Shown here one piece after another: positions 46,974 to 57,038 of a DNA stretch of 64,000 nt. The translations under genes and the position numbers were made by a program. Where the stretch lies: contig JBGARZ010000020.1 of assembly GCA_044229975.1 (NCBI GenBank), positions 1 through 64,000 of the forward strand. Direction: 5' to 3'. Every line of letters starts with the position of its first letter. The first letter of the stretch is position 1. The stretch is from Polyangiales bacterium. Its GTDB lineage: Bacteria > Myxococcota_A > Polyangia > Polyangiales > Ga0077539. The notes beneath the pieces were generated by a model. That model made no database searches and was not told where the DNA came from. It was given only the letters and a program-made list of their open reading frames with translations.

Positions 46974-48665
46974 ATGCCTACGTTCAAGCTTGATGACCGC
47001 GAGATCCCCTTCGAGAAGGGGGAGACCATCATCCAGGCGGCCTACCGCCAGGGGATCGAGATCCCGCACTACTGCTGGCACCCGGGCCTCTCGGTCGCGG
47101 CCAACTGCCGGATGTGCCTCGTCGAGATCGAGCCCGGTCCCGGCCAGCGCGCGATGATGCTCGACGTCCTCAAGTGGGACGCCGCCAAGAACGACTACGT
47201 CGTCGACCGCAAGCCCAAGCTCCAGCCCGCCTGCCAGCAGGCCGCCGCCGAGGGCATGGTCGTCCGCTCGGAGAACTCCCACTTCGTCAAGGATGCGCGG
47301 GCGCACGTGCAGGAGTTTCTCCTGGTCAACCACCCGGTCGACTGCCCCATCTGCGACCAGGCCGGCGAGTGCAAGCTGCAGGACTACTACATGTCCGAGC
47401 AGCGCACGCCCAAGCGCATGCTCGACGAGCCCGTGCACAAGCCCAAGGGCGTGCCCTTCGGCCCGAAGATCGTCTACGACGGCGAGCGCTGCATCGCCTG
47501 CACCCGCTGCGTGCGCGTCTGCGACGAGCTCGCGGGCGACCACATGCTCGACCTGCGCGAGCGCGGCAACAAGAACGAGATCTCCCTCGCGCCGGGTCGT
47601 CAGCTCGACGGCGACTACTCGCTCATGACCGAGCACGTGTGCCCGGTGGGCGCGCTCACCAGCAGCCACTTCCGCTTCAAGGCGCGCGTGTGGACGCTCA
47701 AGGAGACGCCGAGCATCTGCACGGGCTGCGCGACCGGCTGCAACACCTGGATCGACGTCGACCTCCGCGAGCAGCGCGCCTACCGCGCCCGCCCGAGGGA
47801 CAACGAGGCCGTCAACAAGTACTGGATGTGCGACGACGGCATGATGACCTACCTGCGCGAGCACGAGCACCGGGTGCTCAAGGCGAGCGTGAAGCGGGAC
47901 GGTCACCGTGAAGAAGCGACCGTCGCGGAGGCGCTGGAGCGCGCCGCGTCGGGCCTCAAGGGCGTGCAGAAGGGCTGGCTCGCGGTGCTGCTCTCGGCGC
48001 AGGCGAGCACCGAGGACAACTTCGTGATGGTGGAGTTTGCGCGGCAGCTCGGCGCCCCGCTCTACCTGTCGGCGAAGGGCCCGTGGAAGGGCGACGAGAT
48101 CCTCCGCAACGTCGATCAGAACCCCAACCGCGCGGGCGCCGTGGCCGTGGCCAACAACGCCAAGGTCGGCTCGCTGAAGGACCTGCTGCACGCCGTGAGC
48201 GCGGGCCAGGTGCAGGCCGTCGTGGGCCTCGGGACGGACATCGACGCCGACGCCGACGCGCTCGCGGTGCTGAGCCGCGTGTCCGAGGTGGTCCTCATCG
48301 CGGCGCATGATGGTCCGCTCGCGTCGAAGGCGTCGGTGCTGTTGCCCGCGGCGAGCTGGCTGGAGGCGCCGGGCAGCTTCATGAACGTCAAGGGCATCGC
48401 CCAGGACTTCAAGAAGGCGCTCACGCCGAAGGGTGATGCCACGCCCGCGTGGGACCTCGTGGCGCGTCTCGGTCGGGCCATGGACCTCGACCTGAAGTAC
48501 CGGAAGTTCAAGGAGGTGCGCGCTGCGTTGGCGGTGCTCACCCCGGCGGCCAACCCGGAGCGCACGCCGCAGTCCGAGCCGCCGCCTCCGTCGTCGTCGC
48601 CCAATCCCCCGGCGGTCCCCGCCATGCCTGCTCCGGCGGTCCCCTCCACCGCGACCAACCCGTAG
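46974..48665 (+). CDS. nuoG: NADH-quinone oxidoreductase subunit G (short form)
   Basis: IPHYCWH..ANCRMC; NHPVDCPICDQAGEC; CIACTRC..CPVGAL; additional CTGCATGC..C cluster motif. Confidence 0.93.
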   Translation: MPTFKLDDREIPFEKGETIIQAAYRQGIEIPHYCWHPGLSVAANCRMCLVEIEPGPGQRAMMLDVLKWDAAKNDYVVDRKPKLQPACQQAAAEGMVVRSENSHFVKDARAHVQEFLLVNHPVDCPICDQAGECKLQDYYMSEQRTPKRMLDEPVHKPKGVPFGPKIVYDGERCIACTRCVRVCDELAGDHMLDLRERGNKNEISLAPGRQLDGDYSLMTEHVCPVGALTSSHFRFKARVWTLKETPSICTGCATGCNTWIDVDLREQRAYRARPRDNEAVNKYWMCDDGMMTYLREHEHRVLKASVKRDGHREEATVAEALERAASGLKGVQKGWLAVLLSAQASTEDNFVMVEFARQLGAPLYLSAKGPWKGDEILRNVDQNPNRAGAVAVANNAKVGSLKDLLHAVSAGQVQAVVGLGTDIDADADALAVLSRVSEVVLIAAHDGPLASKASVLLPAASWLEAPGSFMNVKGIAQDFKKALTPKGDATPAWDLVARLGRAMDLDLKYRKFKEVRAALAVLTPAANPERTPQSEPPPPSSSPNPPAVPAMPAPAVPSTATNP

Positions 48666-48672
48666 AGGAACG

Positions 48673-49821
48673 ATGCTCTTCTGGATCTCAGCCTTCGTGA
48701 AGGTCGCCCTGATCGTCGGCGTGCTCGTGAACTTCGCCGCCATCCTTTTGTGGGTGGAGCGCAAGCAGTCCGCGATGATGCAGAACCGCATCGGCCCCAA
48801 CCGCGCGTCGATCAAGATCGGCAAGCTGGAGATTCGCGCGGCCGGTCTGGTCCACTCCATCGCCGACGGCATCAAGCTGGTCTGGAAGGAGGACTGGGAG
48901 CCCAAGAACGTCGACCGCTTCCTGTACCGCCTCGCCCCCGTGGCGGCGCTGGTGCCGGCGCTCTGTCTGTTCGCGGTGATCCCGTTTGGTCCGACGCTGT
49001 ACTTCGAGCACGCGCGCGAGCTCTACAGCCCGGCCTGGGCGACCGACCTCAACACCACGATCAACTCGATCCCGATGCAGATCACCAACCTCAACGTGGG
49101 CGTGCTCTACGTCTTCGCGGTGGCGGGTGCGGGCGTCATCGGCGCGGCGCTCGCGGGGTGGGCGAGCGACAACAAGTTCTCGCTGATGGGCGGCCTGCGC
49201 GCGGCGAGCCAGATGGTGTCCTACGAGGTGGCCATGGGCCTCTCGCTGGTGGGCTCCATGATGGTCTACCAGACGGTGCGCCTCGACGAGATGGTCACCT
49301 GGCAGACCCAGCACTGCTGGGGAATCTTCACGCAGCCCTTCGCCTTCGTGCTCTTCGCGACGGCTGCCATCGCCGAGACCAAGCGCGTGCCGTTCGACTG
49401 CCCTGAGGGCGAGAGCGAGCTCGTGGCCGGGTACTTCACCGAGTACGCGGGGCTGAAGTTCGCGATGTTCGCGTCGGGCGAGCTCGTCGAGGTGTGTACG
49501 TCGAGCGCGCTGCTCACGACCATCTTCCTCGGTGGCTGGCAGTTCCCCTTCGTGCAGCTCACCGGCCTGGAGTTTCACTACTTCGGGCTCAACATCTCCT
49601 GGCACTGGGCGCACTTCATCGTGGTGGGGGTGAGCATCCTCGCCTTCTGCCTGAAGTGCCTCGTGCTCATCTTCATGCAGCTCCAGATCCGCTGGACGCT
49701 CCCGCGCTTCCGCTACGACCAGATCATGAAGCTCGGCTGGCGCATCCTGCTGCCCGCGGCGCTCGTCAACGTGCTGGTGACGGGCATCGCGCTGATCTTC
49801 CTCAACCACGGCGCGCCGTAG
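48673..49821 (+). CDS. nuoH: NADH-quinone oxidoreductase subunit H
   Basis: ERK..A.MQNRIGPN, SQMVSYE, AETKRVPFD.PEGESELVAG, RWTLPRFRYDQ. Confidence 0.97.
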   Translation: MLFWISAFVKVALIVGVLVNFAAILLWVERKQSAMMQNRIGPNRASIKIGKLEIRAAGLVHSIADGIKLVWKEDWEPKNVDRFLYRLAPVAALVPALCLFAVIPFGPTLYFEHARELYSPAWATDLNTTINSIPMQITNLNVGVLYVFAVAGAGVIGAALAGWASDNKFSLMGGLRAASQMVSYEVAMGLSLVGSMMVYQTVRLDEMVTWQTQHCWGIFTQPFAFVLFATAAIAETKRVPFDCPEGESELVAGYFTEYAGLKFAMFASGELVEVCTSSALLTTIFLGGWQFPFVQLTGLEFHYFGLNISWHWAHFIVVGVSILAFCLKCLVLIFMQLQIRWTLPRFRYDQIMKLGWRILLPAALVNVLVTGIALIFLNHGAP

Positions 49822-49844
49822 ACACAGACCGGAGAGATCGACCG

Positions 49845-50474
49845 ATGCCTGGCAAGACCAAGGTGCTGAAGAAGCCCAACCGCACCCTCTCCGATCAGTC
49901 GTACATCGTGGAAGTCGTGAAGGGCCTCGGCCTGACGCTCAAGCACTTCTTCCAGGGCACCAAGCAGATGGTGACCAACAAGGTCCCCAACGCCGTCTCC
50001 GACCCGCTGGCCGAGGGCATCGCGACCATCTCGTACCCCGAGGAGAAGCGGCCGTACTCCGAGCGATGGCGCGGCGTTCATCGCCTCACGCACCGCGACG
50101 ATGGGTCACCGCGATGCGTGGCGTGCCTGTGCTGCTCCACGGCGTGCCCGGCGCAGTGCATCTACATCAAGCCCGGCGAGTACCCCGAAGGCGACAAGCG
50201 CCGCGGGTACGAGCGCTACCCGGTGGAGTTCGTCATCGACGAGCTGCGCTGCATCTTCTGCGGGTTCTGCGTCGAGGCGTGCCCGTGTGACGCGATCCGC
50301 ATGGACACCGGGACGCACATGACGGCCTTCGAGGTGAAGTCGGACTTCATCTACGACAAGGACAAGCTGATGAGCCTGGTGTCCCAGCACGGGACGCAGA
50401 AGTCGGAGAACCCGCGGCACGAGCCGGGTGACCCGACGCACCCGGGCATCGATCGCCTCCGCGGCGGTCACTGA
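49845..50474 (+). CDS. nuoI: NADH-quinone oxidoreductase subunit I
   Basis: TISYPEE; CVACLCCSTACP and CIFCGFCVEACP. Confidence 0.96.
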   Translation: MPGKTKVLKKPNRTLSDQSYIVEVVKGLGLTLKHFFQGTKQMVTNKVPNAVSDPLAEGIATISYPEEKRPYSERWRGVHRLTHRDDGSPRCVACLCCSTACPAQCIYIKPGEYPEGDKRRGYERYPVEFVIDELRCIFCGFCVEACPCDAIRMDTGTHMTAFEVKSDFIYDKDKLMSLVSQHGTQKSENPRHEPGDPTHPGIDRLRGGH

Positions 50475-50500
50475 GCTGAACGGGTCTGCGAGCGGAGAGG

Positions 50501-50560
50501 GGACCGGCGACCGCGAGGGCGCCGGGTCTTCCAGCGCCCCCGGTCGTCTGCCGAAGACCC
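50501..50560. terminator. Possible hairpin(s) between convergent nuoI and the outer-membrane protein gene
   Basis: Imperfect stem CCGGCG.CC-GCGA-GG.CGCCGG; also inverted repeat GGGTCTTC (50524-50531)/GAAGACCC (50553-50560); no clear U-tract. Confidence 0.3.
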
Positions 50561-50567
50561 GCGATGG

Positions 50568-51113
50568 TCAGAAGTAGAAGCGCGCGTGGAAGGTTCCGCC
50601 GACGCCGAAGTAGAGGTACGCGCCGTTGGGGTTGAAGATGTTGAGGCGCGGCACGGCTTCGATCGCGAGCTCGAGCGGGAAGCGCTGAAACTGCAACGAG
50701 AGCCCGATCGGGAGCTCGGCGCCGAAGGTGTACCAGTCGTTGTTGCCGAAGCCGAAGTTGACGCCGGGGCCGACGTACCACTCCAGCGCCGCGACCCGTC
50801 CGCGCGTCAGCACGTTGGGGTGAAAGAGGTAGTCGCCGCGCAGGAAGATGCCGCTCTTGATCGGGGCGTAGCGGGGGCCGAAGTCGTTGCCGACGTAGCC
50901 GTTCTGGTACCAGAACGACGCGACGAACTGGAGCGACTGACGGCCGCCGACGAAGAGGTTGGCCGAGAGCCCGACGTCGGGGTAGCCGAGCGCGAGCCCG
51001 AGGCCGAAGTTGCGGCCACCGCCGACCTGCGCGTGCGCGGTCGAAGGGGTGGCAAGAGAGAGAGCGAGCGTCGTAGCGGACGCGAACACGAGGCCAGTGG
51101 TTGTGGTCTTCAC
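50568..51113 (-). CDS. Small outer-membrane beta-barrel-like protein (DUF3996-like)
   Basis: Signal ending AHA-Q; FGLGLALGYP.VGLS; WYVGPG; C-terminal ARFYF with terminal Phe. Confidence 0.75.
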   Translation of the reverse strand: MKTTTTGLVFASATTLALSLATPSTAHAQVGGGRNFGLGLALGYPDVGLSANLFVGGRQSLQFVASFWYQNGYVGNDFGPRYAPIKSGIFLRGDYLFHPNVLTRGRVAALEWYVGPGVNFGFGNNDWYTFGAELPIGLSLQFQRFPLELAIEAVPRLNIFNPNGAYLYFGVGGTFHARFYF

Positions 51114-51317
51114 AAGCAACGTGTTGTGCCGGGCGCGCCGACCGCAAGCGGGTGGCCGTCGACAACCGTCCGGCACGGGCGGGTCATATTCCGCAGTGCG
51201 GCGGCAACAAAATCCATCTTGATTCATGGGCAATTGATCGACGGTGCATGACGCATGACATGGGAATCCGCAGGGGAGGAACTGACACCGCGCTAACTGT
51301 GGAGTTAGCGTCGCGGT

Positions 51318-52961
51318 ATGGGTGGCGACAACCGTAGGGGAGTCGGCAGGAAACGCGCAGGCGCGTTGTTCGCCGCGTTGCTCGGGTGCTCGACGGCGGA
51401 GTCCCACCCCGAGATGGTGAGCTCGGCGACGATCGGTGCCGCCGACATGGAGGGGATGTTTTCGGAGGTGGCGATCGCGCAGGCGCCCGACGGTCCGCTC
51501 GCTCCGTGTGTCCTCTTCGACGACCTCGATGGTGATCGGCGGCCCGATCTCTTCGTGGTTCCGACCATCGAAGAGGGCCGCACGGCGACGCGCGCGCTGC
51601 TCTATCGCAACGAGGGCGGCGCGTTCTCACGCCACGAGATACCGCTCGGCATGCTGCGGTACCCGCAGAGCTGCGCGGCCGCCGACTACGACGGTGATGG
51701 TCGCGTCGACGTCTTCATCGGCGGAGCGGGCAACGGGATGATGCTCCGCAACCGCGGCGACCTGGCCTTTCAGGACGTCACCCACGCCGTTGGCGTACCG
51801 GAGCCGGGGCACACGTACACGCGGGTTCCGGCCTTCATCGACTACGACCGCGACGGCAGGCCCGACCTCTACCTCGGGCGCATGGGGCCGGGCGACGGGC
51901 CGTTTCGCTGCGACATCGTGGACGGCCAGATGGACTACGCCTGCCACCGCTCCAACGGCGCGACGGGCGGCGGTCCGGCGCTGCTGCTGCACAACGTCGG
52001 CGGGCGCTTCGAGGTAGTCGACGGAGCGGCGGGCGCGATCAACCACGCCGCCTCGCGCGGCGTCGCCGTCGTCGACTGGAACCTCGATGGCTGGATGGAC
52101 CTCGTCGTCGCCAACGACTTCGGCGCCAACCGCGTGTACCTCAACCGCGGAGGCACCTTCGTCGACGTCGCGCCCGCGCTCGGACTCGACGCGTACAACC
52201 ACGGGATGGGCGTGGCGTGCGCCGACTTCGCGGGCACCGGCGGGTGGGACCTCTACGTCGCCGACTACGGCCCCAACCAGCTCTGGGTGAACACCGGCGG
52301 TGGGGCGCTGCTCGACCAGGGCTGGGAGTCCAACGTCGGGCGCGCGACCTGGACCGACTCGAACTGGGCGCCGCTCGCGGCGGACTTCGATCAGGACGGG
52401 CGGGTCGACCTCTTCGTCGCGAGCTCGGCCTCCATGGCCACCCGAGAAGAACTCCAACCCGGCATCAACGGCGTGCTTCGCACCGACGCTCCGCAGCGCG
52501 ACCTGTTCTTCTTCAATCGTGGTCCGGGCGCCGTCTTCGCGGTGGGGCAGTGGCCCCACGCAGAGGGCGTCGGCGTCGGCATCGAGATGGCGGCGACGGC
52601 CGCGGCGGACTTCGACGGCGATGGCGACATCGACGTGGCCGAGGTGTACGGGCCGTGGCCGCGGACGGTGTTCCGGCTGATTCGCAACGACGTGCGGGCG
52701 CAGGGGCACTGGCTCCAGGTGAGCCTCGAAGGGACGGCGGACGGAGCGACGGTGCTGCTCGACGCGGGCAGCCAGCACCAGCGCCGATCGCTCACGCGCA
52801 GCTCGGGGTCGCTCGGCGGTTCGTCACCCGTCGGGCACTTCGGGCTCGGCGACGCGACGACGGTCGACCGGCTGACCGTGGTGTGGCCTTCCGGGCGAAC
52901 GCAGAAGATCGCAGGGCCGCTGCCGGTCGATCGCGTCATGACGATCGCGCAGGAGCGGTAG
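51318..52961 (+). CDS. CRTAC1 family protein (FG-GAP/VCBS repeats plus ASPIC/UnbV domain)
   Basis: Repeated D(Y/F/W)DxDG..D; C-terminal HWLQV.LEG..GA.V..HFGLG..V.WPSG. Confidence 0.9.
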   Translation: MGGDNRRGVGRKRAGALFAALLGCSTAESHPEMVSSATIGAADMEGMFSEVAIAQAPDGPLAPCVLFDDLDGDRRPDLFVVPTIEEGRTATRALLYRNEGGAFSRHEIPLGMLRYPQSCAAADYDGDGRVDVFIGGAGNGMMLRNRGDLAFQDVTHAVGVPEPGHTYTRVPAFIDYDRDGRPDLYLGRMGPGDGPFRCDIVDGQMDYACHRSNGATGGGPALLLHNVGGRFEVVDGAAGAINHAASRGVAVVDWNLDGWMDLVVANDFGANRVYLNRGGTFVDVAPALGLDAYNHGMGVACADFAGTGGWDLYVADYGPNQLWVNTGGGALLDQGWESNVGRATWTDSNWAPLAADFDQDGRVDLFVASSASMATREELQPGINGVLRTDAPQRDLFFFNRGPGAVFAVGQWPHAEGVGVGIEMAATAAADFDGDGDIDVAEVYGPWPRTVFRLIRNDVRAQGHWLQVSLEGTADGATVLLDAGSQHQRRSLTRSSGSLGGSSPVGHFGLGDATTVDRLTVVWPSGRTQKIAGPLPVDRVMTIAQER

Positions 52962-53009
52962 ACGCGCGCCTTGACGGCGGGCGCAGACACGATAGGTGTC
53001 GCTGCCATC

Positions 53010-54053
53010 ATGAAGCGGGTGATGCGGGCGCTGGGTGGCTGGGCTGTCGTCGGTGCGATGGCCGTTGGCTGTGGCGACAACGGGACGACGCCCGCCGACA
53101 ACGATGCGGGTGAGCCGAAGGTCGACGTCCCTGCGACGCCCACCGATCGCGGAACCGTGACCGCCATGGACGCGGGCACCACCGTGACGCCGATCGATGC
53201 GGGTGAGCCCGTCGAGACCGACGTCGGAGCGCCCGTCACGCCAGTGGACGCCGGGTGCGTCTACGAAGCGGTGGTCGCCGATCGCAACGGAGAGCCCCGC
53301 AACGCCGCGGGCAACATCCGCTGGTGCTGGCCGGGTGAGCCCCGCTGCACCTGCGATCGCGACGACGACTGCTACCGCGACGCTGGCTACGTCGCGCAGT
53401 GCCGCCCCGCCGGGAGCGGCCCCATCGACGCCGGGACGGTCACTCCGCGCGACAGCGGAACGGTGACCCCGCGCGACGTTCCGACGACGCCGCCGGCCGA
53501 CCTCGGCAACACGGGGATGAACCTGTGCAGTGATCCCGTCCCGGCGACGACGACGGGGCCGACGGTCAACCTGGAGACCATCCACTTCAACTGGTCGATG
53601 CAGTGCTACCGACCCGAAGACGGGTCGCTGTTCGTGTTCGTGGAGGACACCGAGACGGCGATGGTGGCGCTGCGCTTCTACGACTTCCTCAACGACGGCG
53701 GGCCCATCACCGGCGACACCATCGACCTCTCGCGGGTGCGCACGGCGTCGCGGCCGTTCTTCGTGTCGAGCCTCTCGGGCATCGTGACCGAGCCGATGTG
53801 GCGGGCCGAGCGCAGCTACCTCGCCTACGAGGGACAGGTGATCTTCCACCAGCTCCAGCGCAGCAGCCCGGTGGGCACGCGCATGCGGGTGGAGTTTCGC
53901 AACGTGCGCGCCCGCGAGGTGCGCCAGTACACCAGCGGGCGCTGCGAGAATGTCGTCAACGGCGGACGGATGTTCATCCGCTCGCTGCTGCTCGACCTGC
54001 CGGTCAACAACATCCACACCAACGAAGACTGCATCGACTGGGCGGGCGGCTGA
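53010..54053 (+). CDS. Hypothetical lipoprotein with six-Cys module
   Basis: Lipobox AVGC; DAG linker; GEPRNAAG..CWPGE..C.CDRD.DCY module. Confidence 0.78.
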   Translation: MKRVMRALGGWAVVGAMAVGCGDNGTTPADNDAGEPKVDVPATPTDRGTVTAMDAGTTVTPIDAGEPVETDVGAPVTPVDAGCVYEAVVADRNGEPRNAAGNIRWCWPGEPRCTCDRDDDCYRDAGYVAQCRPAGSGPIDAGTVTPRDSGTVTPRDVPTTPPADLGNTGMNLCSDPVPATTTGPTVNLETIHFNWSMQCYRPEDGSLFVFVEDTETAMVALRFYDFLNDGGPITGDTIDLSRVRTASRPFFVSSLSGIVTEPMWRAERSYLAYEGQVIFHQLQRSSPVGTRMRVEFRNVRAREVRQYTSGRCENVVNGGRMFIRSLLLDLPVNNIHTNEDCIDWAGG

Positions 54054-54141
54054 GCCTTCGCCAGCAGCCGCGGGTGCGGGATTCTGGACCACGCCTCCAG
54101 TGTCGTGGGACCACCCCGAGCAGGACGGTGTACGAGGATCA

Positions 54142-56106
54142 ATGCTGAGGCAGGTAAAGGTCGAGCGCTTCCGCGGCTTTGAGAAGCTTGCCCTCGACCT
54201 GCGGCCCGTGACCGTACTCGTTGGCCCCAACAGCTCTGGCAAGACTAGCGTGTTGCAGGCGCTGCGGCTCGGTCTCCAGCTTCTCGACTTCGCGTTCCTT
54301 GCCGAGACCCCATTGGGTAGGGTCGAGCGCGGTGGCGCCGCGATGATTCGAGTGACGGAGGACACCCTGGTCCCCGACCTTAGCCGCTTCATCCCGCTGC
54401 TCGACTGGGAGGCGCTGTTCCCTCGATCACATACCGCGGAAAACGTGGCGCTGAAGATCGAGCTCCTGTTCGACGCGGAGGACGAGTTTCAGCGCATCGA
54501 GACATCGCTTCGATGCGGTCGAAACCGGCAGCTCAAGCTCAGCGCCTGGGTGAGCGCTCGCAAGGCCCAGGCGCTGGTGCGTGGCAAGTCCCCACGCTCA
54601 TCGCTGGTCAACGCGACGCTGCGCGACTATCTCCGGCCTCACATCCCGCGCGCGGTGTTCGTCCCGCCATTCTACGGGGTCGTGCGCGAGGAGGAGTACC
54701 GCGCCGGGCCGGTGGTCGATCGGATGCTCGGCGGCGGCGATCAAAGCCACATCGTGCGCAACCTCATCATGCGACTGCCCCCCGAAGCGCTTGCGCGACT
54801 CAACGCGGCGTTGGTCGAGGAGATCGGCATGCGGGTGAGCGCACGCACGACCGAGTCCGAGCGTGAGAGCCACCATCCGCTGCGCGTGGAGTTTCGCGGC
54901 GGCAACGGCGCGCTCGAGCTGTCGGCCGCAGGCGCGGGTCTGGTCAACCTGCTCGCGGTGCTCGCGACGCTCGAACGCTATCGAGCGGAGGCCGACGGAC
55001 GCTCGGTGCTGTTTCTCTTCGATGAGCCCGAGGCCCACTTGCACCCGAAGTTGCAGGGCACCGTGGCCAACCGGCTGGCGACGGCCATCCGCAGCTTCGG
55101 AGGACAGGTGTTGCTCGCCACGCACTCCGTCGAGATGATCAACCGGCTCGCCCAGCGCGACGACGCGAGTGTGGTCCGCGTCGATCGGAGCGCGCCTGCG
55201 CCAGCGGTGTTGAACACGCAACATGAACTCGTCTCCGAGCTGATGTCCTGGGCCGATCTCACGCCCTTCAGCCTGGTAAACTTTCTCGCGTCACGGCTCA
55301 TCGTCTTTTGCGAGGGGCCGTCCGATCACAAGGTCCTGGAGCAGTGCGCTGCCGTCTATCTGCGCAACGACCCGCGACGACTCGAGAGGTTTCGCCAGTG
55401 GACCATCGTCGAGCTCGTGGGCAGCGGAAACCGATCGATCCCTGACCTCCTCGGTCAGGTGTTGAAGGCCCACCTCATTCCGGCGGCGACCGACGGGCGC
55501 CCGGTGCGAGTCATTACGCTCCTTGACCGCGACGCTACGCGAACACCGGGCACGAAGCCGGAGGTCCGGGCTGGTGGCGCGTTGGAGACCGAGGAGACCG
55601 TGTGGTCGCGCCACAGCATCGAGAATCTTCTCCTGGAGGTGGAAGTACTCGCGCCGTGGATTCGGGCGTTTGCGGGGGATGCCTTGCCAAAGGGCGTCGA
55701 CCTCACGGGGCTCATCATACAGGCGATCGAGGTCGCCAATCGCGATGTGGACCTTCTCAACCAGGCTCAAATCGCCTTGACACTACCCTTGGCGAACGAG
55801 GCATCTGGCGGGAAGAAGGAGATGTTCGCCGCCCGGTCGATCGCCGAGGCTGGTGCGCGTGCAGCAGCGCTGGTTCGTCACGAACCGGCCGTATGGCAGC
55901 GCGGGCACGATCGCTCCAAGGCAGTGCTGGGAGCCGTGCGTGGCGCTCTGCCACCAGCGGTGCGGTCGACCTTCCCGGTCGACGTGGTCAGTCTGCTGGA
56001 GCGAACGGATCCCGAGCGCTTTGGGCTCGACGTCGCCGCTGCGATTCCACGCGAGATCCGCGAGCTCCTCGACCGGATGGTTCGCGCGAGCGTCACGTCC
56101 GACTGA
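54142..56106 (+). CDS. OLD-family-like ATP-dependent nuclease (ABC ATPase plus TOPRIM)
   Basis: Walker A GPNSSGKT; Walker B FLFDEPEAHLHP; ATHS; TOPRIM FCEGPSD, LDRD, SIENLL; GAGGA RBS. Confidence 0.85.
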   Translation: MLRQVKVERFRGFEKLALDLRPVTVLVGPNSSGKTSVLQALRLGLQLLDFAFLAETPLGRVERGGAAMIRVTEDTLVPDLSRFIPLLDWEALFPRSHTAENVALKIELLFDAEDEFQRIETSLRCGRNRQLKLSAWVSARKAQALVRGKSPRSSLVNATLRDYLRPHIPRAVFVPPFYGVVREEEYRAGPVVDRMLGGGDQSHIVRNLIMRLPPEALARLNAALVEEIGMRVSARTTESERESHHPLRVEFRGGNGALELSAAGAGLVNLLAVLATLERYRAEADGRSVLFLFDEPEAHLHPKLQGTVANRLATAIRSFGGQVLLATHSVEMINRLAQRDDASVVRVDRSAPAPAVLNTQHELVSELMSWADLTPFSLVNFLASRLIVFCEGPSDHKVLEQCAAVYLRNDPRRLERFRQWTIVELVGSGNRSIPDLLGQVLKAHLIPAATDGRPVRVITLLDRDATRTPGTKPEVRAGGALETEETVWSRHSIENLLLEVEVLAPWIRAFAGDALPKGVDLTGLIIQAIEVANRDVDLLNQAQIALTLPLANEASGGKKEMFAARSIAEAGARAAALVRHEPAVWQRGHDRSKAVLGAVRGALPPAVRSTFPVDVVSLLERTDPERFGLDVAAAIPREIRELLDRMVRASVTSD

Positions 56107-56115
56107 GCAGGAGGG

Positions 56116-57036
56116 TCACCCCACGCTCACCCGTGCGGTGAGCCCGAGGTGCTCGCCGTAGCGCTCCGCGGCCTCCGTCACGAGCCGCGTCACCACCTTC
56201 GACAGCGCACCAAACGCCGTCACCGCCACCAGCACCTCGCGCTTCTTCAGCGTTCGCGTCCACGTCCCCGCGATGCGCCCGTCCACCACCACCACGTGGT
56301 TGAACAGCACGTTGCCGCGCGAGTCGAGCTTCGCCGCCGGGACGTCCACGCCGAGCGCCGCGCGGTCTTCATACGCCACCACGTACTCGTCGTAGTTGGG
56401 CAGCAGCAACACCCGCGGCGCCTCGCCGCCGTCCTCTATCTCCGCGCCCATCCAGTACGTCGTCCCGCCCATCTCCGTCGCCACCGGCGCCGCGCGCTCG
56501 ATGCCCGCTCGTGCGTCCGTCAGCGTCAACCCCGACCACCACGCGAAGTCCCGCTCGGTCGCCGGTCCGTGGCTCGCGAAGTACCGCGCCGCCAGCTCGC
56601 GTAGCGCCTCACCGCGCTCCTTCGCCTTCGTCGGCGGCACCCGCTCGTCGACCAGCGCGTACGTCTGCTGCTTGCCCCGCGGCGCGCCGCTCACCACCAC
56701 CGCGTCGAGCTCCGCCGCCATCATCAGGTTCGCCAACCGCATCGTGTCGGTCACGTCGATGCCCGCCGCCGTGAGCGCCGCCCCGAGCTCTTCGCGCGTC
56801 CGATGAGCACCTCCCCCCAGCGCCTCGCGCAGCACCTCGCCCGCCGCGAAGGCCTGCTCCACCGCCGCGTCGGTCGCGCCGAGTCGCTGACCGACGGCCC
56901 ACTTCGCGCCGGGGTAGTCCTGCGACTGCACCGCGCCCAGGCCCGCCACGAGCTCGGCCGGGGTCTTCAGCCGCTGCCCATGGAAGCGATGCCGCCGCAG
57001 CCGCGCGGCGAGCAGCTCTCGCGGCGTGAGCGGCAC
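56116..57036 (-). CDS. AlkZ-like (HTH_42) DNA glycosylase, apparently with in-frame internal deletion
   Basis: LGAVQSQD; RYFASHGPAT.RDFAWWSGL; LLPNYDEYVVAY; VVVDGRIAGTW. The usual RTH.LRPTWH segment is missing. Confidence 0.75.
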   Translation of the reverse strand: MPLTPRELLAARLRRHRFHGQRLKTPAELVAGLGAVQSQDYPGAKWAVGQRLGATDAAVEQAFAAGEVLREALGGGAHRTREELGAALTAAGIDVTDTMRLANLMMAAELDAVVVSGAPRGKQQTYALVDERVPPTKAKERGEALRELAARYFASHGPATERDFAWWSGLTLTDARAGIERAAPVATEMGGTTYWMGAEIEDGGEAPRVLLLPNYDEYVVAYEDRAALGVDVPAAKLDSRGNVLFNHVVVVDGRIAGTWTRTLKKREVLVAVTAFGALSKVVTRLVTEAAERYGEHLGLTARVSVG

Positions 57037-57038
57037 CC

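Noticed and set aside
51291..51310. CTAAC...GTTAG as an attC site
   Set aside because: Far too short, with no inner L boxes.
54142..57036. OLD nuclease plus AlkZ as a two-gene system
   Set aside because: Convergent orientation and different codon usage suggest a chance insertion.
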